Assembly (NCBI GenBank): GCA_963977015.1
Contig: CAXBMO010000014.1
Location: 1-64,000 of the forward strand
Direction: 5' to 3'
Length of the DNA: 64,000 nucleotides
Source: an uncultured bacterium
GTDB lineage: Bacteria > Verrucomicrobiota > Verrucomicrobiia > Verrucomicrobiales > DEV007
Both the position numbers and the translations under genes were made by a program. Each line of letters starts with the position of its first letter. The first letter of the stretch is position 1. This document shows positions 59,374 to 64,000 of this stretch, one piece after another. Below the pieces are notes generated by a model. It was not told the DNA's origin, searched no databases, and worked only from the letters and a program-made list of their open reading frames with translations.

Positions 59374-61110
59374 CTAAATAAAATAAGCCTTGGAGACATA
59401 TTGCTGAAGCATGCGCTGAGCGCTGAAAAACGAACCGTTCAGCGCAATGCAATGGCGCATCGTTTCAACATACCGGCCCCATTGGTTGTAAAAGAGTGGG
59501 ATAATCTCGTTTTCGAGCTTGTTGTAGAGAGAGTTAGCGTCATTCAGCCGGCGGTCGCCGGAACTCACCGGACTGCCAGGAAGCGAGCCAATCGCCCATC
59601 CGGTAACGCCTTCTACGCAGCCTTCAAGCCACCAGCCATCGAGCACGCTCAGGCTGGGCACCCCGTTCACGGCCGCCTTCATCCCGCTGGTGCCTGAAGC
59701 CTCCAGCGGTGGCTCCGGGGTATTGAGCCAGACATCGCAGCCGGCCACCAGCAGCTTGGCCAGTTCCATGTCGTAGTTTTCCAGGTAGGCAACCTCAATG
59801 TTTGGCGCGAGCTGAGTTCGGGCGTGAAAGATTCGGCGGATGATCTCTTTGCCCTCATTGTCCGCAGGGTGCGCCTTCCCCGCGAAGATGAGTTGGATGG
59901 GCCGGGTTGGGGAACTGAGTGCTCGCAACCGGTCGAGATCGTGGAAGATCAGGTCCCCTCGTTTGTAGGTTGCGGCACGGCGGGCGAAGCCAACAGTCAA
60001 CGCATCCACGTTCAGTTCCGAACCCTGGCTGCTGTTGACTCGGGCGATCAGATCATACTTGGCCACCGCATGGGCTCGCCAGACGGCTTGTGGAGGAATG
60101 ATGAGGGCATTTCGAAGGCTGTAGCTGTCTTCGCGCCACCCGGGTAGATAGCGGTCGAAGATTTCCTGAAACGGAGGGGCTGCCCAGGTGGCCGTGTGCA
60201 CGCCATTGGTGATCCAGTCGATCTGGTAGTTCAATTCGTCACGCTTGGGCTGCAGCATCGCGCGAGAAACTTCACCGTGTTTCTTGGCCACTCCGTTGAC
60301 GTAGTGACTGAGATTCAGGGCGAGGTAAGTCATGTTCAGGACGCCATCACAGCAGAACACCTCATGATTGTCGAAGATGTCGGCGCGTCCGAGCGCTCCC
60401 TGGGCAACGCTCAAAGGAAATTGATCGTGCCCGGCCGAGACTGGCGTGTGAGTGGTGAACACGCATTGCCGGCGAACGTGTTCCACGTCTTCGTGGTCGA
60501 ATGTCTTGCGGCCACGGGATTTCGCCGATTCGTCGAGCAATTCCAGCCCGATCAGCGCGGCATGGCCTTCGTTCATATGAAAGCGGGATACGTTGTTATA
60601 TCCCAAGGCGCGAAGCAGCCTGACGCCTCCGATGCCGAGGATCATTTCCTGCAGCAAGCGGTAGCGACCATTGCCGCCGTAGAGCTTGTCCGTCAGGCCT
60701 CGGTCGCCCTCGCAATTCTCGGATAGATTCGAATCAAGGAGATAGACCGGGACGATTGCGCCTTTGACTCCAGAGACATTGTATTTCCAGGCGCGAAGCA
60801 TGACCTCTCGCCCTTCGACAGAGAGTAATACGCGCTGCGGCAGTTTTTCCAAGTGCTCCTCAATCGGCCAATTGGCGTCGTGCTCGATCTGGTATCCTTC
60901 GGGGTTGAGTTCTTGTCGAAAATACCCGAGGCGATGAATCAACGAAACAGCCACCATGGGGACGCCGGAATCGGCTGCGGCACGGATCATGTCGCCAGCC
61001 AAAACTCCGAGGCCCCCGCTATAGGTCTTCATCGCCGGATGAAGGGCAATTTCCATGGAGAAATAGGCCACCACTGGCGAATCCGCATTTGAACTGGGTT
61101 CGCTGGCCAT
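59374..61110 (-). CDS. glgP: Alpha-glucan phosphorylase
   Basis: YSGGLGVLAGD, HMNEGH, ARRAATYKR, EASGTSGMKA. Confidence 0.95.
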   Translation of the reverse strand: MASEPSSNADSPVVAYFSMEIALHPAMKTYSGGLGVLAGDMIRAAADSGVPMVAVSLIHRLGYFRQELNPEGYQIEHDANWPIEEHLEKLPQRVLLSVEGREVMLRAWKYNVSGVKGAIVPVYLLDSNLSENCEGDRGLTDKLYGGNGRYRLLQEMILGIGGVRLLRALGYNNVSRFHMNEGHAALIGLELLDESAKSRGRKTFDHEDVEHVRRQCVFTTHTPVSAGHDQFPLSVAQGALGRADIFDNHEVFCCDGVLNMTYLALNLSHYVNGVAKKHGEVSRAMLQPKRDELNYQIDWITNGVHTATWAAPPFQEIFDRYLPGWREDSYSLRNALIIPPQAVWRAHAVAKYDLIARVNSSQGSELNVDALTVGFARRAATYKRGDLIFHDLDRLRALSSPTRPIQLIFAGKAHPADNEGKEIIRRIFHARTQLAPNIEVAYLENYDMELAKLLVAGCDVWLNTPEPPLEASGTSGMKAAVNGVPSLSVLDGWWLEGCVEGVTGWAIGSLPGSPVSSGDRRLNDANSLYNKLENEIIPLFYNQWGRYVETMRHCIALNGSFFSAQRMLQQYVSKAYFI

Positions 61111-61112
61111 GA

Positions 61113-62354
61113 CTAAAGATAGGGGCAGTGAAGTCCGAAGGTTTGATACAACTCATGCGGCACCGGAAGAAGGATCGCCAGCAAAAGCGCAAACGTCGCG
61201 TAACCCAGAATCCTGCGCGGCAGGCCAACGGGCGTGATGTCGTTGGCCGGCGGAACGTCACGAGTTCCGGCGATCCAGAACACGATGATGGCCCACATGA
61301 GCAATCCCGGCCAAATGAAGAATGCCAAGAGGAAAATTCCCACCAGGGAAGCAACGCCGATCGCGTGTGCTTTGGCTGGGCCAAAGAGCGCATGAGCCAA
61401 ATGGCCGCCATCCAGTTGCCCGATCGGGAGCAGGTTCAGCGCGGTAACCAGCAAGCCAAGCCAACCCGCGAACGCCAATGGATGCAACGCTATTTGATGG
61501 CCTTCCAACAACTCGCTTCCCAGTGCAAGCTTCGAGAGCAGGGCCATGAGGAGAGACGAGCCTACATTCACACCTCCCCCGTGCATCCAGTTGGTTGGTG
61601 CGCCGCTGGTGATGAGTTCCGAGTGGCGCAGTCCGATCAACAAGGCGGGAATCGCGAAAACCAGTCCAGCGAGTGGCCCGGCAACGGCGACATCGAACAG
61701 AGCACGCCGATTTGGGCTGAGTGATTTGAGCTTGATGAACGCACCAAAGGTTCCCAGGGCGAAGGGAACGGGAATGAAGAAAGGAGGCGTGACCCTGAGA
61801 CCGTGCTTTCGAGCGGTGAAATAGTGTCCCAACTCGTGGGCACCCAAAACGAGAAGCAATCCCAGACTGTAGGGAAGCCCCTGGAGGACGGAAGCGGGAT
61901 TCTCGATCGGGTTGACTCCCGCATGCCAGGCTCCGGTCCACGTGGTGGTGCCTAACGTGAGCACCAGAAGCAGCCCATGCACCCACCATCGTGGATGCTC
62001 CGTTCTCGTCTTCGGAATACCGGGAAGCAGCAAAACGCGGACCCGGCCATCCTCGGCCTCCTGAAGCATCGGCGTAAACTCTTGATCGGAAAAAGCATCG
62101 TTCAGCTTGCTCTGCGCTTCTTCGGCATTGGCTTTCAGCTTGCCTTCAAAGCTCAAGACGTCGTTGTCGAACCGGTGGCCAGAGATTGCGAGAACCTCAG
62201 AAACCTTGTCCTGATGCAAACCGATATCATCGGGTAACGGCGGCGGAGACGATTCCGCAGAGACCGTTTGATGGCACTGTGAGGCGGAACCAAAGAGAAA
62301 TCCAATCCACAGAAACAGGAAAATGAGCAGCAACAAAAAGAAGATGGACATCAT
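61113..62354 (-). CDS. Site-2 protease (M50)
   Basis: HELGH, AGPLAG, NLLPIGQLDGGH. Confidence 0.92.
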   Translation of the reverse strand: MMSIFFLLLLIFLFLWIGFLFGSASQCHQTVSAESSPPPLPDDIGLHQDKVSEVLAISGHRFDNDVLSFEGKLKANAEEAQSKLNDAFSDQEFTPMLQEAEDGRVRVLLLPGIPKTRTEHPRWWVHGLLLVLTLGTTTWTGAWHAGVNPIENPASVLQGLPYSLGLLLVLGAHELGHYFTARKHGLRVTPPFFIPVPFALGTFGAFIKLKSLSPNRRALFDVAVAGPLAGLVFAIPALLIGLRHSELITSGAPTNWMHGGGVNVGSSLLMALLSKLALGSELLEGHQIALHPLAFAGWLGLLVTALNLLPIGQLDGGHLAHALFGPAKAHAIGVASLVGIFLLAFFIWPGLLMWAIIVFWIAGTRDVPPANDITPVGLPRRILGYATFALLLAILLPVPHELYQTFGLHCPYL

Positions 62355-62361
62355 GGCGGAA

Positions 62362-62667
62362 CTAGGATTTTCCGGTTTGGATTTTGAGGCAGCAATTGTA
62401 GACCGAAGCAATGATGACGCCCGCGAGCCAACCGAGGACGAATGTTGAAATCATGCCCAGAAAGGCTTCCAGAAAGGGAACGTTTTGGCGCAGCACCGGC
62501 TCGACATCGAGGCCGTGAAGCAGACTGTTGAAGAAAACGACCGCTTTCTCATGCGGAACCGTGGCCATCGTGATGATGCAGCCGAGATAGAAGAGCAAGG
62601 CGGTGGCCCCAATACCAAAACCGAATCGGTAGGTCGAGAGGGATGGAGTGTTTGGGCTAACGCTCAT
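62362..62667 (-). CDS. DUF5676-like membrane protein
   Basis: LFYLGC...FFNSLLHGLD...ASVYN. Confidence 0.7.
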   Translation of the reverse strand: MSVSPNTPSLSTYRFGFGIGATALLFYLGCIITMATVPHEKAVVFFNSLLHGLDVEPVLRQNVPFLEAFLGMISTFVLGWLAGVIIASVYNCCLKIQTGKS

Positions 62668-62872
62668 GATGGGTTGTTGATTTGGATTGATGCTGCTCCC
62701 CGTGAAGCAGCAGCATGTGAAGGAGATGAAAGCCGAAAACCAGAAGGAGAAATCCGGTGACCGCGGCAGTGTTCCCCAGCCCGGCAAGCGGCAATAGGAA
62801 CAGGATGAGAAAGGGCAGGATGCAGCACAGAGCCATCCTGATGAGGTCTTTGTGAGAGGGCGACAAAGGCAT
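62657..62872 (-). CDS. Small Cys/His membrane protein (DUF2933-like)
   Basis: MALCCILP, HLLHMLLLHGEQH. Confidence 0.6.
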   Translation of the reverse strand: MPLSPSHKDLIRMALCCILPFLILFLLPLAGLGNTAAVTGFLLLVFGFHLLHMLLLHGEQHQSKSTTHHER

Positions 62873-62917
62873 GGCGTGGGTTTGTTGGTTGGGAGGCTTT
62901 CACGCCTCTACCTACAT

Positions 62918-62944
62918 CAACGCCAGAGCGGCGATTCCCCCTCA
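62918..62944 (-). promoter_or_regulatory. Putative ECF promoter
   Basis: TGAGGG-N14-GGCGTTG. Confidence 0.75.
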
Positions 62945-62981
62945 GAATTTGTCAGTGCAGCGCCGAATTGTCACAACAACC

Positions 62982-63668
62982 TTAATTCGTCAGCAACAAA
63001 CGCAGCTTTTGCTTGGCGTGGTAAACCCGCATTTCCACCGTCTTGAGGCTGCAACCGAGCATTTCGGCGACTTCAGCATGGGAATACCCCTCGAGGTTAG
63101 ACAACACCAGCGCGGTTTTCAAATCGTTAGGCAATTTTTCGATCGCCTGGTGCAAGAGGGCGGTTTCCTCGTTGCGAGCCGCGGCTTCAGCGGGCGTAGG
63201 TGCTTCACCTTCGGTGTTGGCAATCACATCCATACTGTCCTCACTCGTTTCCACGGCGAAGTCTCCGGGGCGGCGCTTGCGTTTCCGCCCGTGGTCGCGG
63301 CAGAGATTGGCGGCGATGGTGAAAAGCCAGGTTCGCAGCTTCGCCTTAGGCTGATAGCGGGCTCGATTCCGATAGGCCTTGATGAAAGTTTGGCTCAGCA
63401 AATCCGCCGCCTCGCTCTCGTCTCGAATCTGCCGGTAGATGAAGCGATGCAAGGGCACTTTGTGTTGGCGAATCATTGCCTCCAGGGCAGATTCGTCGCC
63501 CGACTTGAACGCAACGACCAACTCCGCTTCATCTTCGGCGAAGACGGATTCGCTTTTTTTCTCCTCGGGGATGCCAACCGGCAACCACTGGTCCAATACC
63601 CGTTCGATCTGCCGAAAGGCGTCCGCTGGGGTGGGCAACTCAGACCCGAAAACTTGAGCATGACTCAT
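62982..63668 (-). CDS. ECF sigma factor
   Basis: DLLSQTF, RTWLFTIAAN, SHAEVAEMLGCSLKTVEMRVYHAKQKL; start uncertain. Confidence 0.9.
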   Translation of the reverse strand: MSHAQVFGSELPTPADAFRQIERVLDQWLPVGIPEEKKSESVFAEDEAELVVAFKSGDESALEAMIRQHKVPLHRFIYRQIRDESEAADLLSQTFIKAYRNRARYQPKAKLRTWLFTIAANLCRDHGRKRKRRPGDFAVETSEDSMDVIANTEGEAPTPAEAAARNEETALLHQAIEKLPNDLKTALVLSNLEGYSHAEVAEMLGCSLKTVEMRVYHAKQKLRLLLTN

Positions 63669-63765
63669 GAATAATCCTTTCTACTTTGTTGGCCCAAAGT
63701 GGAATCCGATTAACCCAGAATCCACGCATCGGTTGCCCTTAACTCGGCACCGGTTGACGTGAATT

Positions 63766-64000
63766 TCAGCGTTGCGGAAATTGCTGGCTTTTCAACGCTG
63801 TTCTCAGCTTCTTTTTTGCGCGGTAAACCCTCATTTCCACCGTCTTGCTGCTGCAACCCAGCATCTCGGCCGCGGCTGCATGGGAGTGCCCTTTCCTGCG
63901 AGGTGAGAAACAGAGCCGTCTTCAGGTCGTGCAGGAAGCTGCTGAATCGCTTTGCGCAAAAGTGCGGCTTCTTCGTTCTGAGCTGCCTTTTCTCCAGGAG
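63766..64000 (-). pseudogene. 3' part of a third ECF sigma paralogue with two +1 frameshifts
   Basis: AAQNEEAALLRKAIQQLP / HDLKTALFLTSQE / GHSHAAAAEMLGCSSKTVEMRVYRAKKKL in three frames. Confidence 0.8.

Overview
Accessory DNA, probably from a Verrucomicrobia/PVC bacterium (inferred from gene content and A/C-rich leaders), in four blocks. (1) 1-3600: a TIR-TM-WD40 gene cut at its 3' end by an IS3-like terminus, with a second co-oriented copy of that terminus at 3578-3595. (2) 3686-13227: a mobile-element operon (Ycf46-like AAA+ ATPase, DUF2997, DUF1257, DUF3150, RecB-like nuclease, sliding-clamp homologue) with hairpin-rich spacers, one of them a candidate structured RNA. (3) 13230-16320: gene relics (WD40, IS3, dynamin-like GTPase, nuclease, cytosine methyltransferase). 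(4) From a tRNA-Tyr 3' fragment (att site, 16377-16430) and a tyrosine integrase to the window end: a heavy-metal (copper-centred) island. It carries a Cu P1B-ATPase, a probable Na+ V-type ATPase operon, glgX, glgP, a MerR operon without merA in the window, an ACP/decarboxylase/ligase/flippase/GNAT module, and a putative trans-envelope electron chain (GDH with a Cys-rich insert, FAD/2Fe-2S reductase, cytochrome b-like protein, heptaheme cytochrome c, multicopper oxidase). It also holds a cnrYXH-like anti-sigma/sensor/ECF trio and two more ECF paralogues. The strongest sequence-level signal is a motif, TGAGGG-N14-GGCGTT, found 11 times upstream of island operons in the sense orientation, suggesting one ECF-sigma regulon linking metal handling, ion pumping and glycogen breakdown. 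Family assignments come from motif recognition only; no searches were run.
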